The notes below the pieces were generated by a model. That model was given only the letters and a program-made list of their open reading frames with translations. It was not told where the DNA came from and did no database searches. This document shows positions 45,159-55,276 of a stretch of DNA of 64,000 nt, one piece after another. This stretch comes from Bryobacterales bacterium (GTDB taxonomy: Bacteria > Acidobacteriota > Terriglobia > Bryobacterales > UBA6623): positions 3,708,990 through 3,772,989 of the forward strand of contig OZ253444.1 in the NCBI GenBank assembly GCA_965261065.1, in the 5' to 3' direction. A program made the position numbers and the translations under genes. Every line of letters begins with the position of its first letter. Positions within the stretch are counted from its first letter, which is position 1.

Positions 45159-45577
45159 TCGTCGCCTCCCACCTGTCCTCCGGCGATGGCCTCTTCGATG
45201 CGGGTGAGGCGCTCTTCGATGTCCTCCAACTCGATGGCGCGGTAGGCGTAGTCGAGGTTGGTGCGGATCCCGCTGACGCGGCTCGCGGCGCTCGATTTGT
45301 CGTCGGCGATGATCTGCTGAAGCGAGTCGACCGAGCTGACGGCCATCTGTTGCAGGCGCGAGGTGGCCTGACCCAGCGCGTTGCGGCGGGCGGCATGCAG
45401 GCAGCGCCGGAAGTCTTCGTCTTCCCGCAGCCAGCGAAAAAGAGTCGTGCGGCCGACGTGCGCCGACTCGGCGGCCTCCTTGATGGTTCGTGTGGTCAAG
45501 AGCGCGCCGATGGCACGCATCTGGGCGTCCGAGAGTTTGTCGGATGCGTCTTTCGTGGTGTTGATTCGATTGGACAT
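45155..45577 (-). CDS. HTH-domain protein (phage terminase small-subunit-like / regulatory)
   Basis: 140 aa from MSNRINTTKD. ...TIKEAAESAHVGRTTLFRWLRED... is HTH-like. C-terminal coiled-coil-like acidic tail. Confidence 0.5.
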   Translation of the reverse strand: MSNRINTTKDASDKLSDAQMRAIGALLTTRTIKEAAESAHVGRTTLFRWLREDEDFRRCLHAARRNALGQATSRLQQMAVSSVDSLQQIIADDKSSAASRVSGIRTNLDYAYRAIELEDIEERLTRIEEAIAGGQVGGDE

Positions 45578-47265
45578 GGTAATGTTCTTTCGTGGCACGA
45601 TCTGGCACCGTGCCGGGCTTTGGGTTGGTGATCGTCTCCTCAATCTCACAGTAGCAAGCCGGTGAGTCGATCTCGACCCTCCCAGAGAGACAAGTGATTG
45701 ATTAGGGGTGAGTTAGGATGCTTTAGTTTTCTGTGATGAAAGTGTGTGTTTGCGGGAAATGGTGGGATTGAGCTTCTCTGGAGAGTGCCATCAGAAGAGT
45801 GCCAATGGGGTTGCGGCGGCGTGCGGGCGCAGGCGGCCCACCTCGACATGATGCCCGGGCTGGACGGAGTTCTGCTCTAGAATCTGGGTCAACAGGCTCC
45901 ACGGCAACGCCGGACCGCTGCCTGTCGCGGAAAGCCGGAAGCAAAAGGGACTTCGTGGCGGACCGCACGGAGGTACCGCCTCGCGGAAGCGCGCGGGTTC
46001 ACACCCGCGCCTCTGTCCGGGGGCCCCAATGGAAATCCTGGATCAGAGGCGCACCACTTGGCACGTCGCGACGTAGACGAAGGCTCTGCGGCAGTCCGCT
46101 CGGCCCGAACCAGAAGCGCTGTTGCTCGTGTTCTCTTTTTGCTCGGGCTCACAGTTTCTAGTGTTGCCCTCGGTCGTAGCCAGCCTCTGCAATGGTCACC
46201 GAGCGAGCTATCGATTGAGCTCGGTGGAACCAATTCGCTTGCGCAGAACCTGACCGCATCTCTTACTTCAACTGTCGCCGCCGATCGAGTCCACCTTGTC
46301 GTAACCGGAGAGATTCGATCCTGGGTCACAATAACCCCTGCCAAAGTTGGTCAAGTCGTACCTGGCAATCCTGCATTGATCTCAGTAGTTGTGGTGGCCC
46401 CGATTGACGTCCAGCCCGGGGAGTACACCGGATCCATTCAGGTGCGCAGCACTGGATCCGATCGTATTGGGTTGCCCGCGCCCTCGAGGTCAAGGTTGAG
46501 CACAAGCCGACTCCTAGGATCCTTGCCCATAAGGGTTCTGGTGGAGCCCGTCATTATCTCTGTCAATCCCGCTGTCGAGGTGTTGACGCCTGAAACCCTC
46601 ACCACTTTGATGACCACTAGCAACGGCCAGTTAGTGTTTTCTGAGTGGACTGATCAGCTGAATATGCTCGTTCCCGGCTCGATCGTTGTTCTGACTCCGT
46701 GCCCAGCGGCACCGAATGGGCTCCTGGGTAACGTGACGTCGGTCCAACTCCAGGACGGCCGCGGTGTGGTTGACATAGCTCCGGCAACACTAACGGATGT
46801 CTTCGATTTCGTATCGGTATCGATACGAAGTGGTCTGGTGCAAGCCAATCTCGTCGAGTTTAGGCCCCTGTTAGAGGGAGTCAGAATCAAATCCGCTCCG
46901 CACGCAGATGCTGCCCGGTCCGACGTACCCGAAAAACTGATTCAATTGGAATTGGACATCACAGATGTCGTTCTGTTTGATGCCGACGGGGACGAGAGTA
47001 CTTTAGGAGACCAGGTTCGCGCGGCAGGTTCTATCGCTGTGGAGCTGACCTATGATTTCGATTTGTATATTGCGAATGCGAGCCTAAAAACGTTGACTTT
47101 CGTAACTCACACCAGCCAGATGGCGCAGTTGAGCATCACGTCCGGCGTCGTAGGTGTCGTCGATGAAACGATTGAACTCGGTGAAATCTCGTTCTCACCT
47201 TTCCCGGTTCCGGGAGGATTGGGATTAATCTGGGTCACTCCCGAGCTGGTGCTGGAAACGGGAAT

Positions 47266-48296
47266 GCCGGGTATCCACTTGACTCAGGTGACCCCAACAT
47301 CTTGTAGTTGGGCTCACAGCGTCTTAGCGTCCCAATCGGCGACGATCGAGCGGTACGGCGTCGGCTCCACCGCCATGGCCTGCTGCACAAGGCGGTAGAA
47401 GAGCTTGCCCCGACTGCGTGATCTGCGCCGATTGAAGCGGAACACGAACTCGTCGAGATAGTAGTCCAGATGCTCGTGGCTGACCGCCCCCTGATGCGTG
47501 CCCAGCATCCAGCGCTTGAGTAGCGAGATCGCCAAGTGCACCCTCGGCAGTAGCTGCGAGGCCTGCTCGCGGCGGTTGTTAATCGAGATGATACGACGCT
47601 GGTAGTCCTTCTTCTTGAGCGGATCGTAGCCCGACCAGTTGTCGGTAACAACCACGCTGCCCGGCTCGACCGACTCCTCGACGAAGGGCATCAAACTGGC
47701 CGCCGAGGCGTTCTGAACGCGCTGCATGCGGATGCGCCCCAGCCCGGTGCCTCTCTCTTCCGCGGCGACTGCAATCAACGCTTTACGCTCGGTCTGCCGG
47801 CCGATTACCCCTTCTTCTTCAGCGCCCCAGTAGGTCTCATCGACCTCGACGAGGCCCGTCAATCGCTCCCGCCCCGGGCGCACCATCGCTCGCCTCAGCT
47901 TGTGCATCCAAGGCCAGGCGGTTTGGTAACTGCCCAGTCCCAGAACGCGCTGTAGACCCAGGGCGCTGGCCCCATTCTTCTGCGTGGTGATGGTCCACAT
48001 CGCCCGGAACCACAGCCGCAGCGGCTTGCGTGTGTCTTGAAAGATCGTGCCGGCGGTGACGGAGGTTTGCCGCCCGCAGCGAGCGCATTCGAACCACACT
48101 TTGCGCACCGGCCAAGCGCGCTCATGCCCACACCTTGGACAGCGGAAACCCTCTGGCCAGCGCAAGGCGAACAGATAGTCGCGGCAAGCCTCCTCGCTCG
48201 CAAAGTGAGACTCGAATTCGAGTTGGTCGCGCGGGTAATCCTCCACCAAGCCCTACACTACATCTTGGGGTCACCTGAGTCAAGTGGATACCCAGC
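47266..48296 (-). mobile_element. IS1595-family insertion sequence, copy 2 (1031 bp)
   Basis: Same inverted repeats as copy 1. Perfect 8-bp TSD ACGGGAAT at 47258-47265 and 48297-48304. Confidence 0.9.
47314..48249 (-). CDS. IS1595-family transposase
   Basis: 311 aa. Differs from copy 1 at about three residues (QTERKAL, SRSRGKL, DAKTL). Confidence 0.88.
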   Translation of the reverse strand: MVEDYPRDQLEFESHFASEEACRDYLFALRWPEGFRCPRCGHERAWPVRKVWFECARCGRQTSVTAGTIFQDTRKPLRLWFRAMWTITTQKNGASALGLQRVLGLGSYQTAWPWMHKLRRAMVRPGRERLTGLVEVDETYWGAEEEGVIGRQTERKALIAVAAEERGTGLGRIRMQRVQNASAASLMPFVEESVEPGSVVVTDNWSGYDPLKKKDYQRRIISINNRREQASQLLPRVHLAISLLKRWMLGTHQGAVSHEHLDYYLDEFVFRFNRRRSRSRGKLFYRLVQQAMAVEPTPYRSIVADWDAKTL

Positions 48297-48716
48297 ACGG
48301 GAATAACCGGCCTAGTCTCAGCACAGTTGGAAGTGTCCGCCTCTCAGCATGCTCTCTTCACGGCCGGGCTATCATTCGAGTCGGGAGTTTGGTCTCAGAT
48401 TGGAAATGTCGAGATTGGATTTGAGCACGACCCACCTCAGCTCACAGGTAAGTTGAACACTAAGGGATTCGCAGGGCCAGCGTTCAATTTGTTGGTAATG
48501 AACGTGGCTGGCCCGTTTTTGAATGCTCGGGGGTTCGTGGAACTAGCCGCTGAAATAGATCCGAATCCCCAGTGGATGCTGTATGGCGGGTTGGAGGCGA
48601 ACGGTGGTGTGCGCCTGGAGATCTTCGACAGGAAGATCGCAGATGTGGAGTTTCTGCTGCTCCGTCATCGTGAGTTACTGGCACAGGGCAACACAGTAGA
48701 GCCTCCCGACCTGATT

Positions 48717-49320
48717 TTGAGTCTGAGTGTTTCGCCATCAGGGCCGCTAAACAGGGAACCCGGGCAGACGGCAAGTTACACCGCGACAGTGACCTCGGGG
48801 GACAGCCCGGTGAGCGGGGCGTTGGTGCAGGTGAACGATCCGTTGTGCGGCTTCAGCGGCTTCATGCCGTCGACCAGCGGCAGCGGGCAGGCCAGCTACA
48901 GCTGCACGGTGCCGGGCGGGACTTCGAGCGGCAACCACACGATCACCTTCGGGCCGGCGACGAAGTCGGGCTTCTCGCAGAGCGGCACGCAGAACCGCAC
49001 GGTGAGCGTCTCGCAGGCAGCGCTGAGCCTGAGCGTGACGCCATCAGGGACGCTGAACAGGGAACCGGGGCAGACGGCAAGTTACACGGCGACAGTGACC
49101 TCGGGGGACAGCCCGGTGAGCGGGGCGCTCGTACAAGTGAACGATCCGTTGTGCGGCTTCAGCGGCTTCATGTCGTCGACCAACGGCAGCGGGCAGGCCA
49201 GCTACAGCTGCACAGTGCCGGGCGGGGCTTCCAGCAACTACACGATCACGTTCGGGCCGGCGACGAAGTCGGGCTTCTCGCAGAGCGGCACGCAGAACCG
49301 CACGGTGACGGCGGCGGTGC
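48717..49320 (+). repeat. Two tandem ~300-bp coding repeats (about 100-aa domain duplicated)
   Basis: LSLSV(S/T)PSG(P/T)LNREPGQTASYTATVTSGDSPVSGALVQVNDPLCGFSGFM...TITFGPATKSGFSQSGTQNRTV occurs twice, with a 306-nt period. Confidence 0.9.
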
Positions 49321-49634
49321 TGCCCTCACCGCAGATCGACAGCATGAACCCCAACCCGGTGCCGGGGTCAGCGGACGACCAACCGGTGTTGATCAACGGC
49401 AGCGGTTTTCAGAGCGGCGCGGGGCTGAAGGTGCGGGTGAACTGGCCCGGTGGGCAGACCGATCTACAAGGGCCGCAGGTGACCTGGCTGTCAGCGGGCC
49501 AGTTGCGCATCCTGATCAACGTGGGCACGGCGGCGGCGAACTGGACGGCCCAAGTCATCAACCCCGACGGGGAGCCCTCCAACGTGTTCAGCTTCTCCGT
49601 TACAAGTCCGTAAGGCATCAGCGTGCCAGCGCGA

Positions 49635-49696
49635 GGCAGTTTGGGGCAGTTTGGGGGCAGTTTGGGGACGGCAGTTTGGGGACAAGCCCGCACTCC
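49635..49696 (+). repeat. R-family repeat R3 (GGCAGTTTGG variant), cut by IS3 copy 2
   Basis: ggcagtttggggcagtttgggggcagtttggggacggcagtttggggacaagcccgcactcc. The remainder of the element is found inverted at 38170-38211. Confidence 0.7.
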
Positions 49697-49765
49697 TGGA
49701 ATGGACCCGAAAAGCGAGACCAGGAAAGAAGGGACAATGAACCAGGGAACGGGAAGGAGGTTCAA

Positions 49766-50152
49766 TTGTCTCGAAGACGATTCACGAAGGAGTTCAAGCT
49801 GGCGGCCGTCCGGCGGCTCGAAGCCGGCGAGTCGGGCTCGGCTCTAGCACGCGAGCTCGATGTGAAGCGCGAAAAGCTCTACGACTGGCTGGCACAAGTC
49901 GAGCGCTACGGCGTCGAGGGAGCTTTTCCCGGCGCTGGACGGCGTCCGGGCGGCAGCGCCCGCGTCGAGCCCGGCCGCGAAGCCCAGGCCCGTCTCGCGG
50001 AGCTGGAACGCAAAGTCGGCCGCCAGGCCATGGAGATTGATTTTTTGTCCGCAGCCTTGCGGCGTGGCGAGGATCTGCGCCGGCCGAGCATCGTCAGTGG
50101 AACCGGCGCGTCGCTAACGAAGTACGAGCCGCAAGGCGGCAAGGCAACATGA
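49766..50152 (+). CDS. IS3-family OrfA (HTH)
   Basis: TTG start 6 nt after GGAAGGAGG. LSRRRFTKEFKLAAVRRLEAGESGSALAREL... with a leucine-zipper-like C-terminus. Confidence 0.8.
   Translation: MSRRRFTKEFKLAAVRRLEAGESGSALARELDVKREKLYDWLAQVERYGVEGAFPGAGRRPGGSARVEPGREAQARLAELERKVGRQAMEIDFLSAALRRGEDLRRPSIVSGTGASLTKYEPQGGKAT
50041..50047 (+). other. Candidate -1 programmed frameshift heptamer T TTT TTG in orfA
   Basis: In the orfA zero frame this reads gaT TTT TTG. The -1 frame stays open from here to the orfB ATG and beyond, which would give an OrfAB fusion. Confidence 0.55.
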
Positions 50153-50970
50153 GCGCACGCGATTTGTGCCGCTTGAGCGGGCTGGCGCGAGCCAGCCTCT
50201 ACCGCCAGGGCAAACCCGACCGCGAGCCGGTCGGGGAACTGCGGCAGGCCATTGTCCAGGCCGCCTTGGACCATCCGGCCTACGGCACCCGGCGGACGAC
50301 CCAACAGGTGCGCCGTCAAAAGCTACTGGTCAATCGCAAGCGCGTGCAGCGGGTGATGCGCGAAGAGAATCTCTTGCGGCGACGTCGCCGCACCGTTCCG
50401 CAAACGACCGATTCGAAGCACTCGTTGCGGTGTTACGAGAACCTGACGCGCGAGGTCCAACCCACGGGTCCCAACAAGCTGTGGGGCTCGGATCTCAGCT
50501 ACGTGCGATTGGGAAACCACTTCGTCTATGTGGCGGTGGTGTTGGACGTGTATTCGCGGCGCGTGGTGGGTTGGGCCGTGGGTCCGAACCTGAAAACCGA
50601 ATTGCCGCTGGCGGCGCTGCACCAAGCGTTGAGCAGCCGGCGTCCGGCGCCGGGTTGGATTCATCATTCCGATCAAGGTTCGCAGTACGCTGCGGAAGCT
50701 TATGTGGCCACACTGCGGCAAGCGGGCGCGAGGATATCGATGAGCCGCAAAGGCTGCCCGCAGGACAACGCGTACGTGGAAAGCTTTTTCAAGACTTTGA
50801 AAAGCGAGGAAGTCAACTGCAACGAGTATGAAAGTTTGGCCCAGGCGCAGGCCGCGATCGGGGCTTATATTGAGCAGGAATACAATCGCACACGATTGCA
50901 TTCGTCGCTGGGCTACCGGCCGCCGCAAGAGTATGAGCGGCTGTGGGAAGAGGCGGCTGACGCCGCCTGA
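50149..50970 (+). CDS. IS3-family OrfB (rve integrase core)
   Basis: 273 aa, identical in ORF translation to 38473-39294. Confidence 0.88.
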   Translation: MSARDLCRLSGLARASLYRQGKPDREPVGELRQAIVQAALDHPAYGTRRTTQQVRRQKLLVNRKRVQRVMREENLLRRRRRTVPQTTDSKHSLRCYENLTREVQPTGPNKLWGSDLSYVRLGNHFVYVAVVLDVYSRRVVGWAVGPNLKTELPLAALHQALSSRRPAPGWIHHSDQGSQYAAEAYVATLRQAGARISMSRKGCPQDNAYVESFFKTLKSEEVNCNEYESLAQAQAAIGAYIEQEYNRTRLHSSLGYRPPQEYERLWEEAADAA

Positions 50971-51231
50971 GTTTTCGTAAGGCATGAGCAGATCTATCGA
51001 TCCGATGGCGCAGCACAAGGCGGGATGCGGCCTGAGTAGGCGCACACCCCGCCCTCATCGTTTCGATGAGTCTGCGGCCGGGTATTCCTTGGCGGGTTGC
51101 TCTCCAGCAGAGCCCGCCTCCGCTTCCCCGGCTAACTTGATCATGCCCCCATTGGGCTGGATTCGCTATGCTTTTTCAGTCAACTGCAACCCGTCCCTAA
51201 TTTCTTGGCCTCGCCGTAGGGGTCCAGTCCA

Positions 51232-51282
51232 AACGCCCCCCCCCCCCCCCGAACTGCTCGTCCCCGAACTGCCCCCGCCCCA
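51232..51282 (-). repeat. R-family repeat R4 (inverted orientation) with a C15 homopolymer
   Basis: aacg + C15 (51236-50) + gaactgctcgtccccgaactgcccccgcccc. This is the complement of CAGTTCGGGG units. Confidence 0.7.
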
Positions 51283-51291
51283 GCTACCCAC

Positions 51292-52662
51292 TCAGAACCC
51301 GGAAGAGTCACCTAAGAAAGCCGTGCGACCGCCTTCCTCATTGGACCAAATGACATCGCCCGGAAGGTAGACCCCAGATCTCAGGAAGAGGTACGCTGGA
51401 GAGCGGGCGATCTGCTTTCCCCGATCGAATTCAACGAGAATCACCGCATATATTGACTGAAGACCGAGACCTACCACGATCTGATTATCGAGCGGCTCTC
51501 GTGCAAGGCCGGTAGTCGGGTCAAGGAACTCCTCCAGGCCCTGGGCTCCCAGACGACAGTGGATCTCGAACCGATCGAGAGCTGTTTGGGAGTCGCATGG
51601 ACTCTGGGGATAGAACCGATCCGAGCCAACGATCGCACACACGACCGTTCCCTTTCGTCCCCGCTTTCCGCGTAGGACGAGTTCCTGCGGCGTCCTAGGC
51701 AGGTCTGCAGGGTCAAGTCTGGCCGTCACCTGTCTCAGCAGCAATGGACCAAGAGTGCCGTCCGGAGCCTGGAACCTGGGTAGATCGCGAGGCCAGCTAC
51801 GAAACGGAACCTCCGTCTCGTGCCCGGGCAATCCATAAGCCGCTTGAAGGAGCCTCAAAGCCTGTCTTGCTCGCGAGACGGTTTCCAGAGGGGATCGAGA
51901 GTCTACGGGCAGATCGAGCAATCCGTGAGGCAGGTTCGTGTCCGGCTCACAAACGACACCGACCGCAGCCGCAGCGAAGGCAGTCACACTACAGAAGGCC
52001 AGTACGAAGACTGTTTGCCTCTCCGGCCTGACCGACAGCACGCGCGGTGCCAGGGCAAATCGGAGCACGAGCCAGTTCGCTGGAAAATAGATGAACAGCG
52101 GGGGCAGTGCAGCCATCAACAGGTAATACGAGACCGGACTGACACTTGCAGGCGAAAGGCTGGCGAATCCGGCGCCGAATATCCAGTTGATGTTCTCCTC
52201 GGGTCTTGTGAACAGGTACGTCAGGAGGAGTACCGTGGCGGTCTGAACGGTCTGAAAAAGCCACCCATATCGAGAGGCGCCGAGCCGTAGAAGAGCCCAG
52301 ACAACGACGGGGAGCAGGAAGGTGTGCTGAAAGAAGGAGAGCGCTTTCTCATAAGGTGTGAGTTCACGGCTGAACATGTACGAGGTCGCGGAGAACGGCA
52401 TGCTTCCGAGAGTGAGATACGAGAGGAAATCGAATTGCCAAGCGAGATGATAGACGACCATACCGACGAACTGAGCCGTGAGAATCAGTCGACTACGCGC
52501 CAGTAGCCCAATGGCAGTGCCGAGGGTAGCGACATCACAGAGCCACAGCAACTGTCCGGCGCCGCGGCGAGTCCAGGCGACAGCAATGAGCAGCCAAGTC
52601 AAGCCTGTTAGGACCCCGAGCAGCTTCAGATCGTCGGCTAACGCGGGATGCACTCTCCCCAT
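51292..52662 (-). CDS. Polytopic membrane protein with soluble C-terminal domain, function unknown
   Basis: 456-aa ORF. The N-terminal ~250 aa have multiple hydrophobic segments. No family recognised. Confidence 0.55.
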   Translation of the reverse strand: MGRVHPALADDLKLLGVLTGLTWLLIAVAWTRRGAGQLLWLCDVATLGTAIGLLARSRLILTAQFVGMVVYHLAWQFDFLSYLTLGSMPFSATSYMFSRELTPYEKALSFFQHTFLLPVVVWALLRLGASRYGWLFQTVQTATVLLLTYLFTRPEENINWIFGAGFASLSPASVSPVSYYLLMAALPPLFIYFPANWLVLRFALAPRVLSVRPERQTVFVLAFCSVTAFAAAAVGVVCEPDTNLPHGLLDLPVDSRSPLETVSRARQALRLLQAAYGLPGHETEVPFRSWPRDLPRFQAPDGTLGPLLLRQVTARLDPADLPRTPQELVLRGKRGRKGTVVCAIVGSDRFYPQSPCDSQTALDRFEIHCRLGAQGLEEFLDPTTGLAREPLDNQIVVGLGLQSIYAVILVEFDRGKQIARSPAYLFLRSGVYLPGDVIWSNEEGGRTAFLGDSSGF

Positions 52663-52701
52663 AGCAAAAACACCGTTGACCGGGACCGTTTACACGTGAC
52701 C

Positions 52702-54274
52702 TGTTGAAGCCCAATGATAATGTCCCCTACTCTGAGGCTCCGAAGGAGGAGCCGAGAGTGGGAAGGACATGGATGAGTGCCAAGGAGTTGAAGCGCGGCG
52801 AAGTGCTGAGCCGAGTGAAACGAGGGGAACTGAAGTTGACCGAAGCCGCCGAGCTGCTGGAGGTCAGCTACCGCCATGCGAAGCGTCTGAAGAAGCGTTA
52901 CCGTGCGGGCGGGGCCAAGGCTTTGGTGCACGGTAACGTCGGCCGTGCTTCGAACCGAGCCGATCAGAAGCGACGCCAGCAGGTTCTCGAGTTGGTGCGC
53001 GAGAACTATGCGGGCGAGGGGCACGAGCGCTTCGGGCCGACGCTGGCGTCGGAACATCTGGCAGCCGACCACGGCCTGGAAGTGCCGCGCGAAACACTGC
53101 GGCGCTGGATGCTCGCCGCGGGTCTGTGGAGCCGCCGTCGCAAGCGCCAACCGCATCGCACCCGGCGCCAACGCAAAGCGCACTTCGGCGAGCTGATTCA
53201 ACTCGACGGTTCGCACCACCACTGGCTGGAAGAACGCGGTCCGAAAGCCTGTCTGATGAACTTCGTCGATGACGCGACCGGTGTGGCGCTGTGCCGTTTC
53301 TCGGACCAGGAAACGACCTGGGCCGCGGCCGATCTGCTCGCAGCCTGGGTACGTCAACACGGCGTTCCCAAGGCGTTGTACTGCGACTGGAAAAACGTCT
53401 ACCAGCGCCAGCCGACGTCGCGGGAAGCGCTGGCAGGCATCAAGCCCGAGACGCAGTTCGGGCGCATGTGTGCCAAGCTCGGCATTACGATCATGGCGGC
53501 TTCCTCGCCGCAAGCCAAGGGCCGAGTGGAGCGCCATCACGGCACGCACCAAGACCGCCTGATCAAGAAGATGCGGCTGCGCGGGATCGTCGAGTACGAG
53601 GCGGCGAACCGTTATCTCGACGAGGAGTACCTGGCCGAGCACAACGAGCGCTTCGCCTGTGAGCCGGCGGCGGGAGCGGGCTTTCACCAGGCGCTCCCCC
53701 GCGGCACCGAGCTGCGAGGGGTGTTCTGTTGCGAGTACGAACGCGTGGTGAGCAACGACCGGGTGGTGCGTTTCGAGAATCGTTGTTTGCAGTTGAAGCC
53801 GAAACGCAACCAGGGCGTGGGGGCGGGGGCACGGGTGACGGTCCAACAGTGGCGCGATGAGAGCTTGCAGGTGAGGTTTGACGGGCACGAGATCGAGCAC
53901 GACGTGATCGCCACGCCGACGCCACAGCTGCGGACGAAGCCAGCACCACAGCAGCGTCCGGGGGGCGGGCGCAAACCGGCGGCGGACCACCCCTGGCGGC
54001 GAGCTGTGTTACGGAAAAAACGGGCTGCGAATACATAAGAGGGCTGTGGAAATGCCGGGTCGGATGGAAAGCGTGGAAAATCTCTCGAGGCAGCAGTACC
54101 GGGTTCGAGGAGCGGTGGATGGTTTTCCACCCTTCCCACCGCCCCTTGGAAATCGCTACGCGATTCCCACAGTTCCACAGCCCCGACGACGACGATATCT
54201 CTCCTACGAACAAGAAACACAAGGGGACACTTCTATCGAGCTACCGAGGGGGACATTTCTATTGGGCGTTGACA
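52702..54274 (+). mobile_element. ISNCY (IS1202-group-like) insertion sequence, copy C (1573 bp; 25-bp internal deletion)
   Basis: Same ends. 16-bp TSD CCGTTTACACGTGACC at 52686-52701 and 54276-54291, with a possible 17th base A. Lacks one of the two subterminal CCCAATAGAAATGTCCCC units at the transposase-proximal end. Confidence 0.85.
52758..54038 (+). CDS. ISNCY-family transposase
   Basis: GTG start after GAAGGAGGAG. 426 aa, with a few substitutions relative to copies A and B (KELKRGE, AAGAGFHQ). Confidence 0.85.
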   Translation: MGRTWMSAKELKRGEVLSRVKRGELKLTEAAELLEVSYRHAKRLKKRYRAGGAKALVHGNVGRASNRADQKRRQQVLELVRENYAGEGHERFGPTLASEHLAADHGLEVPRETLRRWMLAAGLWSRRRKRQPHRTRRQRKAHFGELIQLDGSHHHWLEERGPKACLMNFVDDATGVALCRFSDQETTWAAADLLAAWVRQHGVPKALYCDWKNVYQRQPTSREALAGIKPETQFGRMCAKLGITIMAASSPQAKGRVERHHGTHQDRLIKKMRLRGIVEYEAANRYLDEEYLAEHNERFACEPAAGAGFHQALPRGTELRGVFCCEYERVVSNDRVVRFENRCLQLKPKRNQGVGAGARVTVQQWRDESLQVRFDGHEIEHDVIATPTPQLRTKPAPQQRPGGGRKPAADHPWRRAVLRKKRAANT

Positions 54275-54331
54275 ACCGTTTACACGTGACCGATTGAACC
54301 CGGCCGATTTAGAATACAATACCAGGCAGAG

Positions 54332-55276
54332 ATGCGGTCGATCCGGCTCTGGACGCTGGCGGCCCTCCTGACACTCGTACTGTCGGCGGTTTGGATGCAC
54401 GTACGGCGGACCGAGAGCAGGAGGCGAATCGCCGAAGAAACCCGTGCGCTTTCGGCGCTGAACTGGGTCTGTTATGCTCCGACGAACTACGATCCGAGAA
54501 TCGATCTCTACCCGACCAGTGCGGGAATCCGGAGTGACCTTGAGACAATACGGAGAACGGGTTTTGACGGCGTAATCACCTACGAGTGTGACGGCCCGCT
54601 GGAGCAGATCGCCGAGCTAGCCGGACAGGCGGGGTTAAAAGTGATTCAAGGAATCTGGGGACCTGCGGACCGACAGGAACTGGAAAAGGCCATGCAGTTG
54701 AAGAACAAGGTCGCAGCCTATTGCGTCGGAAACGAGGGCCTGGGTACCAGATACACAATCCGGGAACTGGACCAAGGGTTGACCTACCTCTCCAATCAAA
54801 CAGGTGTCCCGACCGCGGTATCGGAGCAAATCCACCTCTACTCTAGATACCCGGAACTAATCGACATGGGCGACTGGTTGTTCCCGATAGTGCACCCGCA
54901 TTTCGGCAACGCGAAATCGTTCGACCGTGCTGTTCACTGGCTGGACGCGACTACACGGCGTTTGGCGCAGAGCGCGCTGACTCGTGACCACCAGAAGGTT
55001 CTTTTTCTGAAAGAGGTAGGAATGCCGAGCGCCGGCGACACTGCGTATTCGGAATCGAGTCAGGCTCGATTTCTAGAGCACATTCTGGGGCGACACGGGC
55101 CTCCGTTCGCGCTGTTCGAGGCATTCGACCGCCGAGGATGGGAGTATGTTTCGCCTGTGGAACCGTATTGGGGGCTTTTTCACACCGACCGCTCACCGAA
55201 ACAGGCAGCGTTGTCTTTACGAAAGATCTTGACAGCGAGGAAGGCCGACCGACCGGGGAAAACAGCAGTTCCCTGA
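54332..55276 (+). CDS. GH17-like glycoside hydrolase (beta-1,3-glucanase/transglycosylase-like)
   Basis: 314-aa ORF with an N-terminal TM/signal anchor. CVGNEGL (acid/base) and FLKEVGMPSAG (nucleophile context, compare ESGWPS), then YWGLF. Confidence 0.6.
   Translation: MRSIRLWTLAALLTLVLSAVWMHVRRTESRRRIAEETRALSALNWVCYAPTNYDPRIDLYPTSAGIRSDLETIRRTGFDGVITYECDGPLEQIAELAGQAGLKVIQGIWGPADRQELEKAMQLKNKVAAYCVGNEGLGTRYTIRELDQGLTYLSNQTGVPTAVSEQIHLYSRYPELIDMGDWLFPIVHPHFGNAKSFDRAVHWLDATTRRLAQSALTRDHQKVLFLKEVGMPSAGDTAYSESSQARFLEHILGRHGPPFALFEAFDRRGWEYVSPVEPYWGLFHTDRSPKQAALSLRKILTARKADRPGKTAVP

Larger units (their letters stand above)
46058..49613 (+). pseudogene. Large secreted/surface protein with tandem Ig-like repeats and an IPT/TIG-like C-terminus, split by IS1595 copy 2
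   Basis: Removing 47266-48296 plus one TSD copy joins ...PELVLETG to ITGLVSAQLEVSASQH... in frame (~841 codons). Signal-peptide-like VARVLFLLGLTVSSVALG near the N-terminus. Confidence 0.75.
49697..51231 (+). mobile_element. IS3-family insertion sequence, copy 2 (1535 bp)
   Basis: Ends TGGAATGGACCCG... and ...GGGGTCCAGTCCA. Flanking triplets are TCC (left) and AAC (right), the reciprocal of copy 1. Confidence 0.9.
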
